Shown: positions 11,612-23,694, numbered from the stretch's first letter. The stretch is DNA of 64,000 nucleotides from Octopus sinensis (GCF_006345805.1 NC_043001.1:28086001-28150000); one strand, 5' to 3'. Program-made: numbers and translations. The notes: a model not told the origin generated them from the letters alone.

Positions 11612-14600
11612 TTGTGTCAGGTCTCCGCTTGGAGCTACTGGTAACATGTAACCCAGTACAACCTGTTACATGGTCGGGTCGTTGGCGACTAAACTGGCAA
11701 CCCCACCAAGATTTCTTGGTGAGGAGGGTGATTTGGACACCCAGCAGGACTAAAAACAAAACCTGTCAAAGGGCAGAGGAACTCTCTCATGAGTCAATGG
11801 CCATCCAATCCGGAGTGGAGCCCCTAAGGCGGTTGGATTGCGCCATGCGTGCCACCTTCCGGCAGCTCCTGCATCTTGGTCTACCCCCAGTCGTCTTGAC
11901 TTTGTCTTGCCACTGGATCCGGCGCACCAGGACGAGAGAGTGAGGCTGATCCTGCGCAAGTCACCCTCACTATAATCCAAGTCACGCGCATGTCACGACA
12001 TCATGACGCCATGACACCATCCCAAAGTCCTGTGGCGATGGGGAAACGGCGAGAAGTAGCAGGTGAGGATACACTGGGAGCTGCAGTCGTGAACCCACAC
12101 ACAGGCGGCTCAGGACATGTGGTCGCCCCTCACTGAACTGAGGCAGCAGTGGAGTCCGGCAGCCTCCTGAGTGACCGAGCAGCCCTCTTCAGGATCGCTC
12201 TGCTCGCCTCCCCAGCATGAGGACGGGGCTAGAAAAGGTTGCCCTAAACATAGCCTGCCTCACCTCACTCTGGTCAGCAAACCGCGGCTGGCGGGGATCC
12301 TTTCCAAGCGGTCGAAACAAAGAAAGAAGAAAACAAACAAAGGTGCTCACTTTCGCAACTTGGAACGTGAGAACTCTGCTTGACAACACCAAAGCGGACA
12401 GACCAGAGAGACGAACTGCCCTGGTGGCCAGAGAACTGAGCCGATACATGTCGATATTGCAGCACTGAGCGAGACCCGCCTTGCGGACAAAGGCCAGCTG
12501 ACAGAGACAGGCGGCGGCTACACTTTCTTTTGGAGTGGTCGCAGCAGCGAAGAGCGTCGTGAGGCTGGTGTTGGTTTTGCCATTAAGTCAGTACACGTGC
12601 GGAAACTGGAAAGCCCCCACCGAGGGTATCAACGATCGGCTGATGAAGATGCAGCTCCCACTTGGAAACAAGACTAGTGCGACCATCATCAGTGCTTACG
12701 CCCCCACCATGACCAACCCTGAAGAAGTTAAGGACAGGTTCTATGAGGAACTCGACTCCCTCATCACGTCAGCCCAGCCTGGGAAGCTCATCCTCCTTGG
12801 GGATTTTAACGCCCGTGTCGGGACTGACCACCAAGCCTGGCATCGCGTACTGGGAAAGCAAGGAATCGGAAAGTGCAACAGCAACGGACAGCTCCTCCTG
12901 CGTGCGTGTGCGCCTCTGATCTTACCATCGCCAACACCTTGTTCCGTCTGCCAACACGCAACAAGACATCATGGATGCATCCACGCTCCAAACACTGGCA
13001 TCTGATAGATTACGTCATCGTCAGGGCGAAAGACAGGCGGGACGTGAGGCTGGTCAAAGCCATGTGCGGAGCTGACTGCTGGACGGACCATCGCCTCATC
13101 ATCTCCAGGATGGATTTCTACATCCGACCTAAGAGAAGACCACAGGGTCAGAAAGTGACGAGGAAGCTTAACATCACGAAATTAAGGAACCAGCTGACTG
13201 CACAAGATCTCCAGTCACGTATGGACAGTAAGCTGTTGGACATTCGGAGTGACCAGTCCAGCATCGATGAGCAGTGGGAATCATTCAGGGACACGGTTCA
13301 TTCCATCGCCCTTGAAACTCTGGGCCAAATTACGAGGAACCACCAGGACTGGTTCGACGAAAACGACCAGGAAATCCAAAAGCTCCTGGAAGAGAAAAAC
13401 CGTCTGCTGCGGGCTCACCAAAATGACACCACCTGCACGGCAAAGAAGGCCGCTTTCAACAACATTCGCAGCACAGTCCAGGCTAAACTCCGCCTCATGC
13501 AAGATGCATGGTTAAGCGCCAAGGCGGATGAGATTCAGGGATACGCAGACAAACACGACACCAAGAAATTCTACGAGGCGCTGAAAGCTGTCTATGGACC
13601 GCAGTTCTCCTTTGGATCAACCCCCCTGCTCAGCTCAGATGGAACCTCACTCCTGACTAACAAGAGGCTGATCCTGGAGAGATGGGCGGAGCACTTCAAC
13701 ATCGTGCTCAACCGACCAGCCCAGATCAACGAGGAAGCCATCGCACGTCTCCCCCAGGTGCCGACAAACCACGAGTTGGCTGTTCCCCCTGCAGTCGGGG
13801 AAGTGAGCAGAGCCATCAAAAAAATGTCCACCGGCAAAGCTCCAGGCTCTGACGCCATCCCTGCAGAGGTGTTCAAGTCGGGAGGCCCCACCATGATCAG
13901 TCAGCTCACCAGCCTGTTCCAGTCGATGTGGGACAGGGAACAACTCCCTCAAGATTTCCGGGATGCAACAATCGTCCACATTTATAAGCGGAAAGGAGAT
14001 CGGCAGTCCTGCGACAACCACCGAGGTTTCCCTCTTGTCCATAGCAGGCAAGATCCTGGCCCGGGTCCTGCTTGACCGCCTTCTGGAACACTTGGAGCAA
14101 GGCCTTCTCCCTGAGAGCCAGTGTGGCTTCCGTGCGGGTCGAGGGACCACTGACATGATATTCGCCGCCCGCCAGCTCCAGGAGAAATGCATGGAGCAGC
14201 ACCTTGACCTCTGCATGACCTTTGTTGACCTCACCAGGCCTTTGATACAGTCAGTCGGGAGGGACTATGGAAGGTCATGGGAAAATTTGGTTGCCCCAGC
14301 AAATTTATTGCAATTGTCCGCCAGTTCCACGACGGAATGACAGCCAGAATCCTTGAGGACGGCGACTCATCTGAAGCCTTCCAGGTGACCAACGGAGTCA
14401 GGCAGGGCTGTGTCCTGGCCCCAACACTGTTCAGCATCATGTTCTCGGCAATGATGTCCGACGCCTTTAGGGACTGCAAGTCCGGTATCAACATCAAGTA
14501 CAGGACAGACGGGAAACTTTTCAACTCCAGGAGATTGCAGGCTGTCACAAAGGTGAGGGAGACAGTCGTCAGAGACTTCTCTTTGCTGACGACTGCGCCC

Positions 14601-15575
14601 TTAATGCAATCGATGAGCAGGAGATGCAGCTCGAGATGGACAGGTTCTCATCAGCCTGTGACAACTTCGGTCTCACCATCAGTGCAAAGAAAACCGAAGT
14701 GATGTTTCAGCCAGCCCCCGGCAAACAATACCATGAGCCTCAGATAAGGGTGAACGGACGGATCTTACGAGTGGTGGAAAACTTCACCTACCTGGGCAGC
14801 ACTCTCTCCTGCAATGCCACATAGATGCTGAAACCATCAACAGAATCTCCAAGGCAAGCAGCGCGTTTGGGAGACTGCGAAAGAAAGTCTGGGAGCGGAG
14901 AGGAATCAGCCTCAACACCAAGCTGAAAGTCTACCGGGCAGTCGTGCTTACCACTCTACTATACGGCTGCGAACGTGGACTGCTTACCGAAGGCACGAGC
15001 GCCAGATAAACCACTTCCATCTCAGGTGTCTTCGGAATCTCCTTCACATCCGCTGGCAGGACAAAGTCCCAGACACGGAAGTTCTGAAGCAGGCAGATCT
15101 CCCTAGCACCATCACAATCATGCGCATGGCCCAGCTAGATGGGGGGCCACGTCTCCCGCATGTCCGACACTCGCATCCCAAAACAGCTCTTCTACGGTGA
15201 ACTCGGCCAGGGCAGGCGCAAAGTCGGAGGGCAGAAAAAGCGCTACAAGGATAGTCTCAAGGTCTCTCTCAAAGACTTCTCCATCGGAACAGAGACCTGG
15301 GAGACACTTGCTGCCAACCGCTCATCCTGGCGCAGCGCAATCACCGTGGGAGCAGGGACAGCCGAGGAGGGACGGATTCGGTCAGCGGAGCAGAAACGTC
15401 AGATGCGTAAAGTCAGAGCCGCCTGCACCAGTAGCACTGCCCCTACCCACTTCTGCCCCACCTGTGGGAGGGGCTTCCTTGCCCGGATTGGCCTCACCAG
15501 CCACCTCCGGTCTCATGGCGGCAGTTCCATCAGATGATGTCAGTTGGTCATCTTCGAACCGACGGACGAACATTA
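11612..15575 (+). mobile_element. near full-length RTE-clade (BovB-like) LINE: 5' UTR, APE endonuclease, RT, C-terminal CCHH finger; about ten frameshifts
   Basis: LTFATWNVRTLLD (APE I), LLGDFNARVG, SKHWHLIDYVIVR, CWTDHRLI; RT motifs KAPGSDAIPAE, PESQCGFRAGRGTTDMIF, NGVRQGCVLAPTLF, (F)LFADD; CPTCGRGFLARIGLTSHLRSH; 3' end GTCATCTTCGAACCGACGGACGAAC. Confidence 0.95.
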
Positions 15576-15594
15576 TTATATATAGATATATATA

Positions 15595-15643
<49 letters not shown>

Positions 15644-15799
15644 CGTGTGGGTGTGGTGTGTGTGTGGTGTGTGTGTGTGTATTTATATAACGACTATCCA
15701 AAATAATTTTGCTCTTTGTTCATGAACTCCAGGAAATTCTTAACCTGGTATATCTTTCATTGTTTGTTACCGAATAGATCCTAAAATCGGTGCTCATAC

Positions 15800-15998
15800 T
15801 CTTTTACTTGTTCAGGCATTTGACTGTGGCCTACTGGAGCACCACCTTTAGTCGAGCAAATCGACCTCAGGACTTATTCTTTGTAAGCCTAGTACTTTTT
15901 CTATCGGTCTGTTTAGCCGAACCGCTAAGTTACAGGGATGTAAAACACACCAGCATCGGTTGTCAAGCGATGTTGAGGGACAAACACAGAGACACACA

Positions 15999-16000
<2 letters not shown>
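15800..16000 (-). mobile_element. CORE-like SINE 3' half
   Basis: reverse complement of the family tail (GGAGCACCACCTTTAGTCGAGCAAATCGAC). Confidence 0.85.
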
Positions 16001-16037
<37 letters not shown>

Positions 16038-16126
16038 AATGTAGGATAACACTTTTTTTTCGAAAAAAAAATTTATCAATGGCCAGCATATTAAAAAATA
16101 CCTTTAAAGGTTAAACTTATAAACAG

Positions 16127-16235
16127 CTTATAAATAAGGGCAAACGAAAAAATTATAATTATATAGTTATGGACAATAGTTCCAATTTCGGCATATTTGG
16201 CATTAGAAATTTTTTCGTTTGCCCTTATTTATAAG
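16127..16235. repeat. perfect 28-bp inverted repeat with short spacer
   Basis: CTTATAAATAAGGGCAAACGAAAAAATT (16127-16154) and its exact reverse complement (16208-16235). Confidence 0.9.
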
Positions 16236-16249
16236 TTGTCTACATATAT

Positions 16250-16545
16250 AACACTTAAAACTTAAAACTTAGATATGTTTCGATCAAAGATTGGTCCAGG
16301 CCATGTCTAACTTAATGGCACCACCTGATGGGATTATCTGAATCCTGTTTAAGTCAAGTTTTGTTTGTGGTCCATTCAAGTAGTGAGTTTTTGTTGAGTG
16401 AGTTGTATCCAGGTGTGGGTGGCTTATCCGTTTTCCTTGAAGAAATCTGTCCAGACTCCGTTTACAGTTGATGGGATCCTTTTCCTCTTTGAGAGTGGTG
16501 AAGTCGGAGACTAACAAAATCTTCTGGGATTTCCCAATCAAAACA
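16250..16545 (-). mobile_element. CR1-group LINE 3' end (family B)
   Basis: KEEKDPINCKRSLDRFLQG; reverse complement of 43690-43930. Confidence 0.85.
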
Positions 16546-16569
16546 GATTAGGTGCTAGAGCATAACAGA

Positions 16570-18560
16570 GCGGACCAAGTGATGGTGGATAATTTGCACC
16601 ACATATGCATATCTGATGCACCACATTAACATATAGTTGGTGTTACATGCACCTTTGACCCACAAATAGCCAAGAAAAAAGGCGAAAAGATACATAAAGT
16701 ACAACCCTCTTAAATACTAAATAGCCCGACTATGGAAAATGAAAAAGCTGAAGATAGTGCCAATTATTGAAACTAGGTCCTTGAGAACAATATCAGAAGG
16801 CACCAGTGATGATATCGGGATGGAATTTAGCCTTGATAAATGTGCCAAGGTCACTTTCCAGAACGGAAAATTGGAAACCTCACATTCAGTGGTGTTTGAT
16901 GTAGATACCGTCATAAAAGAACTCGAGCAGGAACAAGCTTAAAAATACCTCGAAATAAATGAGGGCTCTGACATTCAGCATGCAAGCATGAAAGAGAAGA
17001 TCAGGAAGGAATGTTACAGGAGAATTCAAGCAGTCCTAACATCCGAGTTAAATGCACGTAACAAGATGTTAGCTAAAAATACCTTAGCAGTTCCGGTTGT
17101 TATCTACAGTTCCAATATGTTGAACTGGAATATGAGTGAAATAAGGAAGATTGACAGAAACATCCGTAAGCTGCTGACATGCAGTAAGATGCACCACCCA
17201 AAGGCAGACGCAGATCGTCTTTACCTACCCAGAGCTCAAGAAGGTCGAGGCTCGATCCAATTTAAAATCTCTTACAAAACCACTACAATTGGACCTACTG
17301 GCAAAGTATCTTGAAATATCTAACGACCGGATGCTAAATCTCGTTGAAAACCACGAAAGATGTACGAAAATTCATTCTGTTATGAAGGAGAGCAAAAAAT
17401 TTCAAGTTAGTTTATGCATAATACCTAGGTTGAACAGCATGATGGAAGTGCGACAACTGTTGTTACAAATGTGAAATCAATAGCAAAGGAAAATGCATTC
17501 GAACAATTGGCTGATAGGTGGGAACAAAAACTTCTGCATGACAAATATGTGGCCCGTAGCAAACAAGCTGATGTAGACCGGAAGCACATACGTCAGTGGC
17601 TACAGAACTCAGGGCTTAAAGCAGAGAGAGAAGGCTTTATCTTGGTTGTTCAACAGCAGGGCTTATTGACCCGGAAATATCAAACCAACATGATGAAAAT
17701 GGTGTAGACCCAAAGTGCCGATACTGCAACGTGGGATTGAAGCAGTGGACTACCTAATCTCTGGGTAGTTGTCCTTCAGAATGCCGATACTGCAACTGGG
17801 ATTGAAACCACCTAATCTCTGGGTGTAAGGTTTTAGCACCTATAGAAAACAAATCAAGGCATGACAGAGTTGGCCATTATCTACACTGGATAATGTGTCA
17901 GTATAATAAAATCAAAACTGCTGACAAATGGAACTAGCACCATCCTGAGGCTGTAACTGAGGAAGAAAGTGTAACGATTCTTTGGGGATTTACAGTATAT
18001 ATAGACAGGGCCCTCAAAGCAAATAAACCAGATATTGTTATAAAAGACCAAAACAATAAATTTTATTTATTGATTGACATGAGTATACCCTGTGACCATA
18101 ATATCTCGGCAAAAGAATTTGATAAGCTCAGAAAATATAAAGATTTGCTGATCAAAATCGAAAAGATGTGGCATTTCAAGACGGTTACAATACCAGTGAT
18201 TGTAGGAGCACTTGTAATTATCAAAATAGGAACAGAAAATTATTTGAGAATGATCCCTGGCTTACCATTCATACAGGAAGTGCAAAAGACTGTCTTAACT
18301 GGTACGTCACACGTACTGAGAAGTGCATTGTTGTGAATTTTTTCATTTTCCCCTTTATTTTCTTTGTTTACTTTTTAATTTTTCCTTTATTTCTTTTTCT
18401 CTCTGTCATTCTTCCCCTTCTTCTCTATCACATGGCTTTGTAAATGAACAATCTGATGTGTTTATTTTAATGGTCTACCAATGTACACAGAGCGTTTCTC
18501 TGCCCTAGGTGTCAGGAAGACACTCGACAAGAAATGGAAACAGAATCGAAAGAAGTTGAT
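16570..18560 (+). mobile_element. R4/Dong-like LINE 3' part (RT C-terminus, CCHC, PD..D endonuclease), preceded by a fragment of a second RLE family (16570-16790)
   Basis: DIGMEFSLDKCAK; HHPKADADRLYLPRAQEGRG; WLQNSGLKAEREGF; KCRYCN; RHDRVGHYLHW; ANKPDIVIKD..LIDMSIPCD..KYKDL; TAA-type tail; many stops and frameshifts. Confidence 0.9.
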
Positions 18561-18874
18561 AATGAAAATGATTAAAATAATAATAATAATAATAATATCA
18601 ACAACTTCTTTTACTTGCATGAAGAGCAATGAGGTGGGGATGGGGGTGGCAATATAGAAAAAAATTACATAATAATAATGATAACATGAATAGTAATAAA
18701 TTGATTATTTCTTCAAACGAATCACTTTCATGTTTGGAGCCTGACAAGTAAATTAGCGATGACCAAGTAAACAGGTGGTAAGTGTTTGAAGAATGGTCAG
18801 TTAGTCAGTTGGAAAAACGAGAAGGAAAAAGAATAAATAGACTTAGATGAACTAACAACCACTTGATACAGTAC

Positions 18875-18950
18875 GAGAGAGGAAACTTCCTGCCAGCGTT
18901 ATTTTCCTTCCGGCAACAGACAGAGAGAAAAACAACATGGCGTTTTCACT
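18875..18950 (+). promoter_or_regulatory. candidate ETS/YY1-like motif cluster
   Basis: GGAAACTTCC 18881-18890, CTTCCGG 18907-18913, AACATGGCG 18934-18942. Confidence 0.25.
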
Positions 18951-19134
18951 GGCTGCTAAACAACTTTGCTTGCTTTACTGAACAATAGAAGTATTTTCGT
19001 TCTCTTTCGACAGGACTCCCCCGCCACCCTTTCTGCATCAGTTTTTATCTATTAATCTAACGCTTTATTTCTCCTTGCGTTTATTCTTTGAAAAGAATTG
19101 ATTTTTGTTTCCGAGTGTACGTTATTAGTGTGCT

Positions 19135-19322
19135 CATGTATGTATGTATGTATGTATGTATGTATGTATGATGTATGTATGTATGTATGTATGTATGTAT
19201 GTATGTATGTGTGTGTGTGTGTATATATATATACACATTACATAATACATACATACAACATACATACACATACATACATATATATATATATATATGATAA
19301 TAATAATAATATAATAATAATG

Positions 19323-19355
<33 letters not shown>

Positions 19356-19435
19356 TAATAATAATAATAATGATAATAATAATAATAATAATAATGATGA
19401 TGATGATGATAATAATAATAATGATAAAATAATAA

Positions 19436-19499
<64 letters not shown>

Positions 19500-19500
19500 T
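19135..19500. repeat. compound TATG / TA / TAA microsatellite
   Basis: direct reading. Confidence 0.95.
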
Positions 19501-19560
19501 GACAATAAAGAATGAATGAGACCTCGATATTATGTAAAATAGAATAATTTATCTATAAAT

Positions 19561-19710
19561 ATAATATGTGACAATTAGTTGGTTGTCATAATAAAACAAG
19601 ACAAAACGCTAGCGCTTTGTCTTAACTGATGAGATGCCGGAGCAGACTTCAGCCTCGGTATCCGAAACTCTGAGTTTTATTATGACAACCAACTGATTGT
19701 CACATATTAT
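19561..19710 (+). ncRNA. type I hammerhead-ribozyme-like motif inside a 37-bp inverted repeat
   Basis: CTGATGA 19626-19632; stem II GATGCCG/CGGTATC; GAA 19664-19666; stem III ACTC-T-GAGT; GUU site; 3-bp stem I TAA/TTA; arms 19561-19597 and 19674-19710 match 36/37. Confidence 0.65.
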
Positions 19711-19726
19711 TATATATTATATATAT

Positions 19727-19779
<53 letters not shown>

Positions 19780-20444
19780 ATATATATGTTATGTATGTAT
19801 ATATATATAATATATTATATATATATATATATATACATACATATACATACATATACATACATATACATACACATACTACACCACACAACAAAATCATTAA
19901 AAGACTACAGTGAACTCATTCTGAGGAGTGGAGAAACCAACGTTTCGATAGAGTTCTACTTCGGGGAAAACATGAATGAAAAAAAATTCATGTGGCCAAG
20001 GATAGTTTTACATCCTCTGAGTTAAAAACAAAAATCTGGTAGCAACTGTGAAGGTACGTAGAACCACGCGAGCTTCATACGGGAAAACCTACTTACTTTC
20101 TGTCAAGGGCTTACATGCCCCATTATTGGACTATTTTCTTTAGTCATTACACTGTGATCGCTTATATGCTTTAAGCTTATAAAACACTATTATTATCATT
20201 TACAGAATATATATATATATATATATATACATACATACATATATATATATATATACACATACATACATACATACATACATACATACATACATACATACAT
20301 ACATACATACGTTACATACACATGTATACATATACATATATTAGAAGGTTTGAAGATGATGTACAGGTATTATATATTAGAAGAAATGAGGTACTCAGAA
20401 ATATGGATGGTTTTATATTTACAGATATTTATTAGTGTGTTACA

Positions 20445-20843
20445 TCTTTATATATAAAAGTGAGGTTGTGTGCTGTCTGTTTCCTACGATTTAGATTCCT
20501 AACTACTCCCACATTTTGCGGTGCAGTTTAACCAAAACCGGGTATCTTATAGTCGTGATTCATATCGAGCCCTTCTGGGTATTAGCGCGGGTCTACGATG
20601 AGTCTACGATTTAAAAAAAAAATTACCATAAATTTTTCCCATTTTTAACGCATTTTTGGCATATATAAGGGAAGTAACTCTCTAAAAATTTATTATTAAA
20701 TCTCAGAACGTAAAAAGCTACAGTAATACCCCCCCCCCTTTGTGGTTAGCCATATTGAGATGGCTATTATACTTTACATCTCTAAAAATGCTTATATAGT
20801 TATTTCCCTTACAAACCCGAGCAACGCGGGGCGATACTGCTTG
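20445..20843 (+). mobile_element. non-autonomous Helitron
   Basis: A|TCTTTATATATAAAAG 5' end; 3' CCCGAGCAACGCGGG hairpin then CTTG|T (CTAG variant). Confidence 0.7.
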
Positions 20844-20909
20844 TGTTTTTATATATCATATATCATAAAGTAGCGCTTTCGTCCACTCTAGTGGACACAC
20901 ACACACACA

Positions 20910-20974
<65 letters not shown>

Positions 20975-21439
20975 ATATATAATTATTTGAGGGAATATAA
21001 ATCCAAACTTACAGGGAAAAAAATCAATTTAGAGATACTAAATCAAATTTCACACTATATAATATATATATATCTATATATATATAAAATTAGAAAAAAA
21101 CCCACCTTTTATCAATTCAAAATGAACCAATAAATTACACCATCTAGCAAATTACATATAATAGAAATATTAAAAATGATACAACAATAAAATATCAATG
21201 ATTAAGTAAATTGCAAAAAATAATAAAAGCGTATATAATAGGTAGAATAACAATATATATATTGTTATTTGTAGCCCTCCTGAGCTACAATAGTTTGTAG
21301 CCCCAGGAGGGCTACAAACTACAGTAGCATCCACCCTTAGGGGTTAGCCATATTCAAATGGCAAATTTACGTCACGATGTGTTGCTGCTACTGTTTATAA
21401 CTCTCTCTGAGATTTATCATTGTTATATATATATATGTG

Positions 21440-23590
21440 CAAAACACTCCCCACCAAGACCTGTGAACAAAAAGTGCAGAATCCCCCAAAACAGAAAAAC
21501 CATTATCAGAAAAATAAAAAGAACAAACAAAAAAATTAACAAACTAAAGTACTGCCAACAGCAACACAAACATTCGACGGCTATCGCACTGCTTGAATCT
21601 AAAAAATATAACCTCCAACAATGCATGAAGACCCTCATCAATAACCAAAGATCAGCTGAGGAGAAGTGGGCATTGAAAAAAATCAAACTCAACCCCAAAG
21701 GTTCTTTTCATTTGCGACGAGAAACGCAGGGTCATTGTCTCCACTTTAGGCCCTCTAATTGACGAAACTGGCACTCTCCAAGATAATGCCAAATCCATGG
21801 CCGAGATACTGCAGAAACAATACTGCTCTGTTTTCAGCAATCCTGATATGGCCGATCTGGGCTGTATCAGTGATGTCAACCCCCAACACACTATATCGGA
21901 CATAACGTTTAGTGCCCCTGATGTCTTAGCGGCGATAAACGAAATAAAAACACAATTCAGCAGTAGGCCCCGATAGGTTCCCTGCTTGTGTCCTGAAGGT
22001 GTGTCGACACCAACTTGCATCTCCCCTTGCTAATCTGTGGAGAAAACTCACTGGATGCTGGCTATATTCCAAAAAAACCTTCTGTCCCAGTCTGTTGTCC
22101 AGTTTTCAAAAGGGGAAACAAGTCCCTTGCAGTGAATTACCGTCCGATCTCACTCACCTCTCATATCATCAAGGTATTTGAGAGGGTTGGTGAGATCTCG
22201 AATAACCAATTCTGGAAAGCAACAGACGGCTGATCTCCACCAACATGGGTTCCGTAATGGAAGGGACTGCCTAACGCAGCTCCTGCATCACTTTGAGGAC
22301 ATTTTGAGAGCTTTGGGAGAGGGCTTCAACACCGATGTCATCTACCTTGATTTCAGTAAGGCCTTCGACAGGGTCGATCACAAGATCCTATTGAAAAAAA
22401 CTATCCAACATTGGTGTCTCTGGAAAGTTACTGAAATGGATCAAGTGTTTCCTGACAGACATATCTCAACATGTTGTAGTTGAAGGGGTAAAATCAAGCC
22501 TAGCCAAAGTTAGTAGTGGCGTTCCGCAAGGCACTGTGCTGGGCCCACTTCTTTTCATCATTTACATTAATGATATTAATGACATCATCAAGCACAGCAA
22601 CATAAAAATCTTTGCAGATGACTCCAAGCTACAGAAGGTCATAAATGAGGCGAGTGACCGGACATGCCTTCAGTCAGATCTACTGGCTGTTATCCAATGG
22701 CAGCAAAAAAAACAATATGCTGCTGAACGAGGATAAATTTGAGCTAATCCACTTTGGAAAAGAGGATGCCCTGAAACTCCCATACTCCCTTCCTTCAGGT
22801 GAAACTCTCGCGGTGTCCAACGACATCAGAACTTGGAGTAATTGTGGACAACAACATAAGCTGGGCCACTCATATAAACACCAAAGTTGACATGGCCCGC
22901 AGAATGTGTTCCTGGATTCTCAGAACTTTCCAGTCGAGAGATATCCACACCATTATCCTTCTCTTCTCCCTTTTGCCCGACCCCACCTTGAATACTGTTG
23001 TCCACTGTGGTCTCCCCACACAATACAAGGTATCATAAAAGTTGAAGCACCTCAAAGGGCAATCACAAAAAAGATAGATGGCATGACAGGCCTCGACTAT
23101 TGGGGTCGACTAGAAAAGCTAAAACTCTATTCTCTCCAACGTCGTCGTGAGCGCTAAATCATCTGCATGATGTGGAAAATATTCCATCAGCATTGCCCAA
23201 TGATGTTGGCATCACCTTCAAGGTAATCCAAGGCTTGGCCCCGTGCCATCCGCCCAAAACAAAAATCGCACTCTCATCTCATAACAACAATACGGCACAA
23301 TTATTTCACCTCAATTGGCCCCGCTCTCTTTAACATTACACCAAAAACACATTAAAACAGAAACTGACCCTATAGGGTTCAAGAAGTCTTTGGACAGATT
23401 CCTTCAAAAAATCCCGGATAAACCCCCTACACCCGGATATGTCTCTGTAAACAATAAATCTCTACTTGAGTGGGCCATAGTGCCCAAATTCTGACTTGAA
23501 AGACTTCACCAGGTGGTGCTATAAGTTAGACATGGCCTGGGCCAATAATGGCGAAACCTATCAAAGTATCAAAGTATCAAAGTATACAAC
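21440..23590 (+). mobile_element. CR1-group LINE (family B), degenerate ORF2 RT and 3' end
   Basis: NYRPISLTSHIIKVFER; QHGFRNGRDCLTQLL; DVIYLDFSKAFDRVDH; SGVPQGTVLGPLLFIIYIND; IFADDSKL; RPHLEYCCPLWSP; (TATCAAAG)n tail. Confidence 0.95.
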
Positions 23591-23694
23591 ATATATATAC
23601 GTATATATATATATATACATATATACATGTATTAATATAGACATGCATGTGCTTGTGTGTATATGCATACTGTGCGTGCGTACATAAAGCATGT

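Noticed and set aside
12641-12650. CTGATGA motifs at 12641, 31656, 39365, 50719
   Set aside because: Inside coding remnants or lacking a GAAA partner and stems
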